From Clostridium sp. 26_21 (lineage in GTDB: Bacteria > Bacillota > Clostridia > TANB77 > CAG-508): a stretch of DNA of 64,000 bases. Below are positions 34,555 to 44,364 of this stretch, in pieces. The notes beneath the pieces were generated by a model. It was given only the letters and a program-made list of their open reading frames with translations, did not search any database and had not been told where the DNA came from. Location: NCBI GenBank assembly GCA_001915995.1, contig MNRO01000021.1:93759-157758 (forward strand). The letters are read 5' to 3'. The translations under genes were made by a program, and so were the position numbers. The stretch's first letter is position 1, and each line of letters starts with the position of its first letter.

Positions 34555-37500
34555 TTATCCAAACAAACTCAATTGATTACTTTGACTCATTCCCTCAAGG
34601 CAACCAAATTGTCTTAACAATTCTGTAACAGAATCACCAACTTTTGAACGAATCTTTAAATCATCTATAGACATAAATTTTTCTTCTTGCCTAGCCTTCA
34701 TAATTCCTTCTGCTGCAACATTTCCTAATCCTGCTATACTATTTAATGGTGGTCTTAATGAATCTCCTTCGACTTGAAATTTTGTAGCATGTGATTTATA
34801 CAAATCAATTGGTAAAAATCTAAGTCCTCTTTCATACATTTCTAATACTAATTCCAAATCATCATACATATCTTTGTCCTTTGGAGTAGCATTATTTCCC
34901 ATCATTTCAATTTCTTTCATTTTATTTTTTACTTTTTCTTTTCCATTAATCATAACTTCTGCATCAAATGCTTTTGCTCTTATTGTAAAAAATGCTGCAT
35001 AATATGCTAATGGAATATGAACTTTAAACCATGCAATTCTAAATGCGTTTGTTACATAAGCTGCAGCATGTGCTTTGGGGAACATGTATTTTATTTTTTC
35101 ACAAGATTTTATATACCATTCTGGAACATCATGTTCTAACATTAAAGGTATATATTCATCTTTCCATTTTGGTTCTTTTCCTTTTGCAACTTTACCTTTA
35201 CGAACAGCTTCCATTATTTTGAATGATTTATCTGGTGGAAGCCCTTTTTTCATTAAATATATCATTATATCATCACGACAACATATTGCTTGTTGTAATG
35301 TTACAATTCCTTGTTCTATTAATGATTGTGCATTTCCTAACCATACATCTGTACCATGTGATAGTCCAGATATTCTTATTAATTCGTCAAATGTTGTTGG
35401 GTGTGTATCTAAAAGCATTCCTCTAGCAAATTTTGTACCATATTCAGGTATTCCATAAGTTCCTACTTCTGAATGTATTTGTTCTGGTGTTACACCTAAT
35501 GCTTTTGTTGATGAAAAGATTGACATTGTTTCTTTATCATCTAATGGTACATCTGTTGGTGCTACTCCTGTTATATCTTGAAGCATACGTATTACCGTCG
35601 GATCATCGTGTCCTAGTATATCAAGTTTTAACAAGTTTCCATCTATTGAGTGATAATCAAAGTGTGTTGTTATTATATCTGAATTTGGGTCATCTGCTGG
35701 ATGTTGTACTGGTGTAAATTCATATATTTCTCTTCCTTTTGGAACTACTATAATTCCTCCTGGATGTTGTCCTGTTGTTCTTTTTATTCCTTGACATCCT
35801 ACTGATATTCTTGCTATTTCTGCTTTATTTATTGGTATATTTCTTTCTTCATAATATTTTTTTACATATCCAAATGCTGTTTGTTCTGCTACTGTACCAA
35901 CTGTTCCTGCTTTAAATGTTGTTCCTTTTCCAAATATTACTTCTGTATATTTATGTGCTTTTGCTTGATATTCTCCAGAGAAGTTTAAGTCTATATCAGG
36001 TTCTTTGTCTCCATTAAATCCAAGGAATGTTTCAAATGGTATATCCATTCCATCTTTGGCCATTTTTGTGCCACATTTTGGACAATCTTTATCTGGTAAA
36101 TCAAATCCATTTCCAACTCCATAATCATCAAATTCTGAATATTTACATTTTGGACATCTATAATGTGGCTGTAATGAGTTTACTTCTGTTATACCTGTCA
36201 TAAATGCTACAAGTGATGATCCTACTGATCCTCTTGAACCTACTATATATCCATCTTCATTTGATTTCCATACTAGTCTTTGTGCAATAATATACATTAC
36301 TGAATATCCATTGCTTATAATAGAATTTAATTCTTTATCTAGTCTTGTTTGAACTATTTCTGGCAATGGATCTCCATATAATTCATGTGCTTTTTTATAT
36401 GCAATATTTTTGATGTCTTCCTCACATCCTGGAATATGTGGTGGACATTTTTCTGGTGATATTGGGTCTATTCTATCACACATATCTGATACTTTATTTG
36501 TATTTGTTACTACAACTTCATAAGCTTTTTCTTCACCTAAATATTCAAATTCTTTAAGCATTTCTTCTGTTGTTCTTAAGTATAATGGTGCTTGCTCATC
36601 TGCATCTTTATATCCTTGACCAGCTTCTAATATTCTTCTATAAATCTCATCTTGTGGATCCATAAAATGAACATCACATGTTGCTACTACTAGTTTTCCT
36701 AGTTTTTCTCCTAATTCTACAATCTTACGATTTATATCTTTTAAATATTCTCTATCTGGTACAACACCATTTCTTACTAAGAATTCATTATTTCCTATTG
36801 GTTGAATTTCTAAATAGTCATAATCTCTTGCAATATTTTCTATTTCTTCATCAGATTTTCCTAATTCTATTGCTTGATATAATTCTCCCGCTTCGCAAGC
36901 ACTTCCTAATATTAATCCTTCTGAATATTTTTTATATATACTTTTTAATATTCTTGGATTTTTATAAAAATAGTTCAAATGTGAAATTGATACTAATTTA
37001 TATAGGTTTCTTAATCCTACATAATTTTTAGCTAATATTATTGCATGATATGATCTTTGCTTTTTAAATTCTTCTTTTTGAGCTTCTGGGTCTTTTGTTG
37101 CTGAATCTATTTCATCAACTGTATTTATTCCTTTGTCTTTTAGTTTTTTCAACATTACATTAAATACTTTTACAGTTGTATCAACATCTGCTAAAGCTCT
37201 ATGTGCTACATCTACTTCAATTCCTAAACTATCTGCAATTTTTCCTAATTTATATTTTTTCAAATCTGGGAATAAATCTTTTGCAAGTGGTAATGTGTCT
37301 ATATATGTATTATTGAATTCATATCCTAGCAATTTGGCATTGTGTTTTAAAAATCCAACATCAAAACTTGCATTATGTGCAACTATTATTGAATCTCCTA
37401 CAAATTCTAAGATTTTTGGAAATACTTTATCTATTGTTTCTGCATCTTTTACCATTTCATCAGTTATGTTTGTAACTTCTACAACTCTTTGTGGTATTGG

Positions 37501-39456
37501 CTTTTCTGGATTTACAAATATTTCAAATTCATCTATTACTTCACCATTTTTTACTTTCATTATTCCGACTTCAGTAATTTTTTCTGTTGTTATTGAAATT
37601 CCTGTTGTTTCTAAGTCTAATACACAATATGTTGCATCTTCTAGTACTTGCCCTCTTGGATTTTTTACTGATTTTTCTTTATCTGGTACTAAATATGCTT
37701 CTACACCATATATTACTTTCATTTCTGGGTTATCTCTTCCCAATAAATGATATGCTTCTGGAAATGCTTGTACTACTCCATGGTCTGTTATTGCTATTGA
37801 TTTCATTCCCCAACTCATTGCTCTTTTTATTAAGTCTGTTGCTGATGTCATTGCATCCATTGCACTCATTTTGGTATGCATGTGTAATTCTACTCTTTTT
37901 ACTTCTGCTTTATCTTCTCTTGTTGTTTTTGGTAATGGAGTTGATTCAACTATTGTATTTGCCATTATTGTTAATTCGTTTGAAAAAGCATCCATTTGTG
38001 CTCTTCCTGCTAATTTTACTGCTTTTGTTTTTCCTAATCTTTTTACAATGTTTTTTGCATTTTTTCCTGGTAAAAATGCTTTACATGTCATTGTACTTGT
38101 TCCATCATATATATTTATACTTAATATTACTTTTCCTGTTTTTGTTTCTTTGTCTTCCATTCCAAGTATTTCACCATCTATACATACATTTCCAGATTCT
38201 GCATTTAAGTCCGTTATTTTTACTAATGGATCTGATATATTCATTGAGTTTCCTAATATTAATGGTGAACTTGTGTCTTCTTCTGGTAATTGTGGCATTC
38301 CTTCATCTGAAATTTCTATTATAATATTTGCCATTACTGTTAAATCACCTGCATAAGCATCCATTCCTGATTTTCCTGTTACTTTTATTGCTTTTGCAGA
38401 TTGAATTTTTTCTGATACTTCATTTCCTTCTGTTATATCTTTTGCAAATGCTTTACAGTTCATTATTCCTGTTCCATCATATATTTCAAAGATTAACATT
38501 CCTTTTCCTGTTTTTGTTTCTTTACATTCACAACTTACTATTCTTCCTTCAATTGTTACTCTACTATCATTTGATGTTATATCTTTTATTTTGAATAGTG
38601 TTTCTTTTGCTCTTGATGGCTTACCAAAGATTATATTTGAAGGTTCTTCATTTTCTGGCATTTCTGGTATATATCCCATATCTGCATCTGTTGGCATTGC
38701 ATAATCTGCATCATTATATACACCTTCTGGTATTGGTGGCATTTCACTTGCTGGATATTGTTCATAATTTTGTGCTGATGGATTTTGATGGCTCTGTTGT
38801 TGATGATTATTTTGCATATTTTCTCCACTATTTTGTGCTTGTTTTTCTGCTGCCATTCTTTGCGCTTCCATCGCTTCTCTCATTACATTTTCTATTGCTT
38901 TTTGTTGTACTTGTTTTGCTTTTTCTTTTTGTTTTAATACTTCTTCTGCATTTATTCTTTCTTCTATATTTACTATATATTTCTTTCCGAATATGTTTTC
39001 TATTACACTTTCTAGTTCTCTATCTAATTTTCTTGCTTTTAGAAAATCTGCACCTTGTATTTTCATATATACATTTATTTGATTTTCTGTTACTTCAATT
39101 TGACTTTTTAATAATAATAATGGTTTCATTAAAGGATATTTATGTGCCATTAAACATACTATATTTTCCCACTCATCTGCTATTGGCTTTTTTCTTACTC
39201 CTTCTGCATATTTTATTTTTATATGCACTTGCTCAAATTGAAATCTTTGTCTTAAGAATTTTTCAAAGTACCATATTTCTTTTATTTCTATATATTCTTT
39301 TGCTTGCATTTCTATTTCTAATGTGTTTATCTTTTTTAGTAAATTCATTCTTGCTATTTCTGCATCTTCTATATTACTATTTGTTTTATAATCACTAAAT
39401 AAATCTCCTATTTTTCTGCTTTTATGTTTTTGCTCTGTTTCTGGCACTTTTTTCAC
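34555..39456 (-). CDS. polC: DNA polymerase III alpha subunit, PolC type (1633 aa, with duplicated OB domain)
   Basis: PHP motif VELHMHTKMS, the inserted DnaQ-like exonuclease YCVLDLETTG ... AHNASFDVGFL ... HRALADV, the zinc module CPKCKY...CPKCG, the palm/fingers region PDIDLNFSG, and a C-terminal HhH. Confidence 0.95.
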   Translation of the reverse strand: MKKVPETEQKHKSRKIGDLFSDYKTNSNIEDAEIARMNLLKKINTLEIEMQAKEYIEIKEIWYFEKFLRQRFQFEQVHIKIKYAEGVRKKPIADEWENIVCLMAHKYPLMKPLLLLKSQIEVTENQINVYMKIQGADFLKARKLDRELESVIENIFGKKYIVNIEERINAEEVLKQKEKAKQVQQKAIENVMREAMEAQRMAAEKQAQNSGENMQNNHQQQSHQNPSAQNYEQYPASEMPPIPEGVYNDADYAMPTDADMGYIPEMPENEEPSNIIFGKPSRAKETLFKIKDITSNDSRVTIEGRIVSCECKETKTGKGMLIFEIYDGTGIMNCKAFAKDITEGNEVSEKIQSAKAIKVTGKSGMDAYAGDLTVMANIIIEISDEGMPQLPEEDTSSPLILGNSMNISDPLVKITDLNAESGNVCIDGEILGMEDKETKTGKVILSINIYDGTSTMTCKAFLPGKNAKNIVKRLGKTKAVKLAGRAQMDAFSNELTIMANTIVESTPLPKTTREDKAEVKRVELHMHTKMSAMDAMTSATDLIKRAMSWGMKSIAITDHGVVQAFPEAYHLLGRDNPEMKVIYGVEAYLVPDKEKSVKNPRGQVLEDATYCVLDLETTGISITTEKITEVGIMKVKNGEVIDEFEIFVNPEKPIPQRVVEVTNITDEMVKDAETIDKVFPKILEFVGDSIIVAHNASFDVGFLKHNAKLLGYEFNNTYIDTLPLAKDLFPDLKKYKLGKIADSLGIEVDVAHRALADVDTTVKVFNVMLKKLKDKGINTVDEIDSATKDPEAQKEEFKKQRSYHAIILAKNYVGLRNLYKLVSISHLNYFYKNPRILKSIYKKYSEGLILGSACEAGELYQAIELGKSDEEIENIARDYDYLEIQPIGNNEFLVRNGVVPDREYLKDINRKIVELGEKLGKLVVATCDVHFMDPQDEIYRRILEAGQGYKDADEQAPLYLRTTEEMLKEFEYLGEEKAYEVVVTNTNKVSDMCDRIDPISPEKCPPHIPGCEEDIKNIAYKKAHELYGDPLPEIVQTRLDKELNSIISNGYSVMYIIAQRLVWKSNEDGYIVGSRGSVGSSLVAFMTGITEVNSLQPHYRCPKCKYSEFDDYGVGNGFDLPDKDCPKCGTKMAKDGMDIPFETFLGFNGDKEPDIDLNFSGEYQAKAHKYTEVIFGKGTTFKAGTVGTVAEQTAFGYVKKYYEERNIPINKAEIARISVGCQGIKRTTGQHPGGIIVVPKGREIYEFTPVQHPADDPNSDIITTHFDYHSIDGNLLKLDILGHDDPTVIRMLQDITGVAPTDVPLDDKETMSIFSSTKALGVTPEQIHSEVGTYGIPEYGTKFARGMLLDTHPTTFDELIRISGLSHGTDVWLGNAQSLIEQGIVTLQQAICCRDDIMIYLMKKGLPPDKSFKIMEAVRKGKVAKGKEPKWKDEYIPLMLEHDVPEWYIKSCEKIKYMFPKAHAAAYVTNAFRIAWFKVHIPLAYYAAFFTIRAKAFDAEVMINGKEKVKNKMKEIEMMGNNATPKDKDMYDDLELVLEMYERGLRFLPIDLYKSHATKFQVEGDSLRPPLNSIAGLGNVAAEGIMKARQEEKFMSIDDLKIRSKVGDSVTELLRQFGCLEGMSQSNQLSLFG

Positions 39457-39549
39457 CTTCTTTTTCTCTCTTTTCGTCTTGCTCTATGCTATCACATTTT
39501 GTGTTTATTTGCAATTGAATTTTGAAATAAATTTTTCTTATTTTTATAC

Positions 39550-39585
39550 ATAGAAAAGAGGCTGTTCCATTTTGAACAGCCTCTA
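39550..39585 (-). terminator. intrinsic terminator downstream of the LRR fragment
   Basis: Stem gaggctgttc / gaacagcctc. On the minus strand it is followed by TTTTCT. Confidence 0.7.
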
Positions 39586-39635
39586 CGATCAACTAGTATT
39601 TTATATATTTATGTCAAAAATAATATTTTCTTATA

Positions 39636-39937
39636 TTATTTTTTCCATTGAACAACTTTCATTCCTTTTGCAGCTCCCCATGGTGCCCCAGTAATAGAGT
39701 CCTCTTTATTCTTTATCAATATCTCTTCTAATGAAGACGTATTATCTGAAAAACATGAATCTCCAATGCTTTTTACTGTCTTTGGGATCTCAATTTTTAA
39801 AAGACTTCGACCTTTTTTTCTGCTAAATATAATTCCATTTGTTCTTTATATTGTGCTAATTCATTTTGTATTCTTGCTTGATTTGCATTACTACTTATTC
39901 CACTATTTCCTGTTAAGGTTGATTCTCCTTTGTTCAT
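39636..39937 (-). pseudogene. BspA-type leucine-rich-repeat protein remnant, interrupted at an A7 tract (islet 4)
   Basis: The first ORF, MNKGESTLTGNSGISSNANQARIQNELAQYKEQMELYLAEKKVEVF, stops at 39797-39799. The +1 frame continues as LLKIEIPKTVKSIGDSCFSDNTSSLEEILIKNKEDSITGAPWGAAKGMKVVQWKK, an LRR_5/BspA-like IP..V..IG..CF pattern. The frames join if the A7 run becomes A8. Confidence 0.5.
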
Positions 39938-39956
39938 TAAGCACAATACTTAATGA
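39934..39956. repeat. inverted repeat TCATTAAG-n7-CTTAATGA
   Basis: 8-bp perfect arms at 39934-39941 and 39949-39956. The repeat overlaps the ATG of the LRR remnant. Confidence 0.6.
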
Positions 39957-40088
39957 TTTTATTTATAAATGAATTATAACAATAAAGGCTTTTTTTATCA
40001 ATAATTCTAAAGCATAAATTTAGTTGAGTCTATTTTTCTTATTTTTAGAAAAATATTAGAACTGTTATATTACACCATTCCTACAAAT

Positions 40089-40109
40089 CATTAAGTATGT
40101 TACTTAATG
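40089..40109. repeat. inverted repeat CATTAAGTA-n3-TACTTAATG (same core as at 39934)
   Basis: 9-bp perfect arms at 40089-40097 and 40101-40109. The repeat lies 20 bp upstream of the -35 at 40129 and is followed by a T-run. Confidence 0.6.
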
Positions 40110-40128
40110 TATTTTTTTATTAATTCTA

Positions 40129-40157
40129 TTGAAAATAAAAGACTTCTATGTTATAAT
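40129..40157 (+). promoter_or_regulatory. sigma-A promoter of the 141-aa islet gene
   Basis: TTGAAA (40129-40134), 17-nt spacer, TATAAT (40152-40157), with extended -10 TGTTATAAT. Confidence 0.6.
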
Positions 40158-40214
40158 AAGAAATTGTGTGAAGCCAATCCGCTTCATAATTTTATAAAAT
40201 GAGAGGTATATCTT

Positions 40215-40640
40215 ATGATGATGCAAAACTTGGCCGCTTATTTCTCTTCTCTCAGCCATGCTGAACGGAAAAAATTAGTCGAAAACCACGCCAAAGAAAT
40301 CGCAACTTGGGTTATCAAGTGCGATGGGTATATCATTGTTGGTGTTAAAGATAACATCAATTTCAATTCGCCTGAACTTGAATCTGCAATTGATTTGTGC
40401 CTTTTGTACAAATACGGCATTGCACGGTCTTCTAAGAATTTGGGAAAGCATCGGCTTTATTATTCTATGAAGTTGCCTGCAAAGAAAATCGAGAAAATTG
40501 AAAAACACGTAATCGAGTTCGAAATTCCCGAGCTCGAAAAACAAGCAAAAGAAGCTACAAAAATAAAAGAAGCACAGGAGAACTTTCTCAAATGTGTTTT
40601 GGGTGATGAACTTTGGGATGCCATTTGGGGCAATAATTAA
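40215..40640 (+). CDS. hypothetical protein, 141 aa, compositionally distinct (islet 4)
   Basis: GAGAGG SD 8 nt upstream of the ATG. A 60-nt line at 40261 counts 24 G+C (40 %). The C-terminal third looks coiled-coil-like. I recognise no family. Confidence 0.7.
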   Translation: MMMQNLAAYFSSLSHAERKKLVENHAKEIATWVIKCDGYIIVGVKDNINFNSPELESAIDLCLLYKYGIARSSKNLGKHRLYYSMKLPAKKIEKIEKHVIEFEIPELEKQAKEATKIKEAQENFLKCVLGDELWDAIWGNN

Positions 40641-40646
40641 AATATA

Positions 40647-40682
40647 AAAGAGGATGCTCCTTTACGGAGCATCCTTTTTTAT
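40647..40682. terminator. bidirectional terminator shared with rpoD
   Basis: Stem aggatgctcc / ggagcatcct (10 bp), with T6 on the plus strand and a T-rich tail on the minus strand. Confidence 0.85.
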
Positions 40683-40683
40683 A

Positions 40684-41847
40684 TTAATTCATATAATCTC
40701 TTAATTTTTTGCTTCTACTTGGATGACGAAGTTTTCTCAAAGCTTTAGCTTCAATCTGACGAATTCTTTCTCTTGTTACATCAAATTCTTTTCCTACTTC
40801 TTCAAGTGTTCTTGCTTTTCCATCATCAAGTCCAAATCTTAATCTTAAAACTTTTGCTTCTCTTGGTGTTAATGTTTTCATTACTTCTTCCAATTGTTCT
40901 CTTAATAATGTATATGATGCTGCATCTTGTGGTGCTGGTGAATCTTCATCTTGAATAAAGTCACCTAAATGACTATCGTCTTCTTCACCAATTGGTGTTT
41001 CTAATGAAACTGGATCTTGTGCAATTTTTTGAATTTCCATTACTTTTTCAACTGACATATCCATTTCTTTAGCTATTTCTTCTGGCGTTGGTTCTCTACC
41101 TAATTGTTGTAATAAGTGTCTTGATGTACGAATTAATCTATTTATTGTTTCTACCATGTGTACTGGAATTCTTATTGTACGTGCTTGGTCTGCAATAGCT
41201 CTTGTAATAGCTTGTCTAATCCACCATGTTGCATAAGTACTAAACTTAAATCCTTTTGTATAATCAAATTTTTCTACTGCTTTTATTAATCCCATGTTTC
41301 CTTCTTGTATTAAGTCTAAGAATAACATTCCTCTTCCAACGTATTTTTTAGCAATACTTACTACTAATCTAAGGTTTGCTTCTGCTAATTCTTGTTTTGC
41401 TTCTTCATCACCTTCTAATATTCTTTTGGCTAATTCAAGTTCTTTGTCATAAGATAATAATGGTATTTTTCCAATTTCTCTTAAATACATTCTTACTGGA
41501 TCATCAACACTTATTCCTTCATAACTTGTTTCTGTTATTTCATCTAATTTTAAATTTTCAACTTCTTTTAAGTCATCAATGTCTGGCTCATCTTCAAAGT
41601 CGTCATTTAAAATATTAACTCCCATTTCTTCAAATGCATCAAAAACTTTATCTATTTGATCTGGATTAGTATTTTCTAGTTCTTTGGCTAATTCTTCATA
41701 TGTTATTTTTCCTTTTGCCTTAGCTTTTTTTACAATTTCTTGAACCTTTTCTGCATCTAATTTTTCATCTTTCTTTTCTACTTTTACATCTTTCATTTCT
41801 TCTAATTTCTCTTGATTTTCCATTTCTTCTCCAATTTTCTTACTCAC
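40684..41847 (-). CDS. rpoD: RNA polymerase primary sigma factor SigA/RpoD
   Basis: Region 1.2 [11 protein letters not shown], region 2 [56 protein letters not shown], and region 4 [30 protein letters not shown]. Confidence 0.95.
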   Translation of the reverse strand: MSKKIGEEMENQEKLEEMKDVKVEKKDEKLDAEKVQEIVKKAKAKGKITYEELAKELENTNPDQIDKVFDAFEEMGVNILNDDFEDEPDIDDLKEVENLKLDEITETSYEGISVDDPVRMYLREIGKIPLLSYDKELELAKRILEGDEEAKQELAEANLRLVVSIAKKYVGRGMLFLDLIQEGNMGLIKAVEKFDYTKGFKFSTYATWWIRQAITRAIADQARTIRIPVHMVETINRLIRTSRHLLQQLGREPTPEEIAKEMDMSVEKVMEIQKIAQDPVSLETPIGEEDDSHLGDFIQDEDSPAPQDAASYTLLREQLEEVMKTLTPREAKVLRLRFGLDDGKARTLEEVGKEFDVTRERIRQIEAKALRKLRHPSRSKKLRDYMN

Positions 41848-41859
41848 GAAAATTCACCC

Positions 41860-43644
41860 CTACTTAATTTTAGCTAATGCAATTATTATATTACTTAGCT
41901 CTTTACTTAATTCTTTTTTTGTTTCCCCATCTTGTTCATTTTCTAATTTTTTTAATATATCTTTTTTCTGACTTTCTAGTCTTTCTCTTTCGTATTTTAA
42001 TAATATATCATCAACAGCTTTATCAATATTTTCTATTTCATAATCTGTTGCCATTACCTTAGTAATATGATTTTGAGTTTGTTCATCAAATTCATCTATC
42101 AATTTATTAACATTTGTATCTTTTTTCTCTAATTCTTCATATAATTTTTCTGCAATTTTTCTATTTGTTTCATCTTTAAAATCTTGTGGTTTGATTTTTT
42201 CTTTTATTTTTTGAAAGATTTTTTGATTTGCATCAAGTAATAATGCTATTATTGTATCTTCCCTGTTTTTTAAATCTTCATCTATACTATTTTCTTCCAC
42301 TTTAGAAATAATCTGAGTTTTTACTGCTTTTCCTTGCAATAAATTGTCTGCTTTTGAGTTAGTATAAATTAATTTATTTACTTCTGCATATATTGCCTCT
42401 TTTGAAATATTATAACCATTTGCTATTTTTTCTATGTATATTTCTCTTTCCATTGTATTGTCTACTTTTGCTAGTATTTTTGCAATTTCGTTTAAGAATT
42501 TTATTTTATCTGATGTATTCTCTAAATTAATATCTTTTTTTAGATTTTTTACTTTAAATTCGACTAATGATATCGCATTATCCATTGCTAATTTAAATCT
42601 ACCTTCTCCAAATTTTACAATGAATTCATCTGGGTCTTTTGCTCCTTCTATTTGCAATACTCTCATGTCACATCCCATTTTTTGTAGTATTTCCATTGAT
42701 CTTGCTACAGCTGTTTGTCCAGCTCCATCTGCATCAAATCCAAGTATAACTTGTTCTGTACTTTTTCTTAACAACCAACCTTGTTGTTCTGTTAATGCTG
42801 TTCCTAATGCTGCTACTACATTTTTTACACCTCTTTGGTGTAATGATATGACATCCATATATCCTTCTACTATTAATAGTCTTTTACTACATTCTGTTTT
42901 TGCAATATTTAGTCCAAATAAGTGTCTTCCTTTACTATATACAACATTTTCTGGTGAATTTATATATTTGGGTTTTGAATCATCTAAAACTCTTCCTCCA
43001 AATGCTATTACTTTTCCTCTAATATCACATATTGGGATCATTAGTCTATTTCTATACATGTCTATATATTGTCCTCTATCATTTCTAATGACTAGTCCTG
43101 ATTCTAACATTTCTTTTTCATTAAAACCTTGTGCTTTTAATTGTTTATATAATTCATCAAATCTTCCTGAAAATCCTATTTTATATGTTTCTAATGTTGA
43201 TTGTGTTAGTTTTCTTTTTTTTACATATTCTTGTGCCATTTTTGCTGTTGGCTTGTACAAATTTTGATGATAATATTCTGCTGTAAATTGATTTATTTTA
43301 TATATTTTGGCTTTTAATTCTTCTCTTGCTGTATCTTCTGCATTTTCTATTGTTGGTAATTGTATATTTGCTTTTTCTGCTAATTGTTCAACTGCTTCTT
43401 TAAACCCTATTCCTTCTATTTTCATCAGAAATGAATATACATTTCCTCCAACTCCACACCCAAAACAGTGAAATATTTGCCTGTCTGGTGATACTGAAAA
43501 TGATGGAGATTTTTCATTATGAAATGGACATAGTCCAAAATAGTTTCTTCCTTTTCGAGTTAAATGGACATATTGTGATATTACATCTACAACATCGTTG
43601 TTTTGTCTTACTTGTTCTATAATTTCTTCACTATAACGTGCCAT
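41860..43644 (-). CDS. dnaG: DNA primase
   Basis: Zinc ribbon GLCPFHNEKSPSFSVSPDRQIFHCFGCGVGGN and a TOPRIM domain (LIVEGYMDVISL ... GFDADGAG). Confidence 0.95.
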   Translation of the reverse strand: MARYSEEIIEQVRQNNDVVDVISQYVHLTRKGRNYFGLCPFHNEKSPSFSVSPDRQIFHCFGCGVGGNVYSFLMKIEGIGFKEAVEQLAEKANIQLPTIENAEDTAREELKAKIYKINQFTAEYYHQNLYKPTAKMAQEYVKKRKLTQSTLETYKIGFSGRFDELYKQLKAQGFNEKEMLESGLVIRNDRGQYIDMYRNRLMIPICDIRGKVIAFGGRVLDDSKPKYINSPENVVYSKGRHLFGLNIAKTECSKRLLIVEGYMDVISLHQRGVKNVVAALGTALTEQQGWLLRKSTEQVILGFDADGAGQTAVARSMEILQKMGCDMRVLQIEGAKDPDEFIVKFGEGRFKLAMDNAISLVEFKVKNLKKDINLENTSDKIKFLNEIAKILAKVDNTMEREIYIEKIANGYNISKEAIYAEVNKLIYTNSKADNLLQGKAVKTQIISKVEENSIDEDLKNREDTIIALLLDANQKIFQKIKEKIKPQDFKDETNRKIAEKLYEELEKKDTNVNKLIDEFDEQTQNHITKVMATDYEIENIDKAVDDILLKYERERLESQKKDILKKLENEQDGETKKELSKELSNIIIALAKIK

Positions 43645-43784
43645 TTTCCTCCACTCCTATACTTTCTTATTATTGCTTAAAATCATCATTTCCGTTTTTC
43701 GTACATATATATTATTCGACGAATTTTACATAATTCCCTCTTTTTTTGAGAATTTTTTTGAGTTAACCAAAATTATGGTTTGTT

Positions 43785-43817
43785 AAAATAAAAAAGTATA
43801 GGTAAAACCTATACTTT
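43785..43817 (-). terminator. intrinsic terminator
   Basis: Stem aaagtatagg / cctatacttt. A T-run follows on the minus strand. Confidence 0.7.
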
Positions 43818-44251
43818 TATTGAAAAACTGAAACTATACAAAAAATAATTCCAATTATAAACATTCCTATTCCTACAGCCACAGATACATTTCTTATTAT
43901 ATTAGCAGTCTTATCTCCTTTTATACAAAAATCATCATATTTATTAGGATTATAACATATTTCGACTTCTTGACCAACACTATATTTTTTAGGCATATAT
44001 CCTATTGAAGATACTTTTTCTATATGTTCTCCATTAATATCATATTCTAATTTAGGATATTCAGATACCATTATTGATGTTGAATTTAAATTTCTTTCTT
44101 CTTTCTGAATTATTTCTTTTATTTTTGCTGTTGCTTCTTTTGTACAATTTTTCTTTTTATTATTTATAAATATACTAGAACCTATACCTATTATAATAAA
44201 TACTTCTCCAAATATCATAAAAAAAATTGCTATTATACTAAAAATATTCAT
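43817..44251 (-). CDS. DUF3592-like membrane protein
   Basis: Flanking TM helices with a central beta domain, YPKLEYDINGEHIEK...YSVGQEVEICYNPNKYDDF, typical of DUF3592. I chose the start at MNIF because of the G-rich SD (AAGGGGGG). Confidence 0.55.
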   Translation of the reverse strand: MNIFSIIAIFFMIFGEVFIIIGIGSSIFINNKKKNCTKEATAKIKEIIQKEERNLNSTSIMVSEYPKLEYDINGEHIEKVSSIGYMPKKYSVGQEVEICYNPNKYDDFCIKGDKTANIIRNVSVAVGIGMFIIGIIFCIVSVFQ

Positions 44252-44364
44252 ATTTCCCCCCTTAATTTCTTTCATCTATATTATAACAAAAAAAAATATA
44301 TTAAGTCAAATCTAATAACATTTTTCTAAATAAAAAATAAGACAGGATTTTCATCTCCTGCCTT

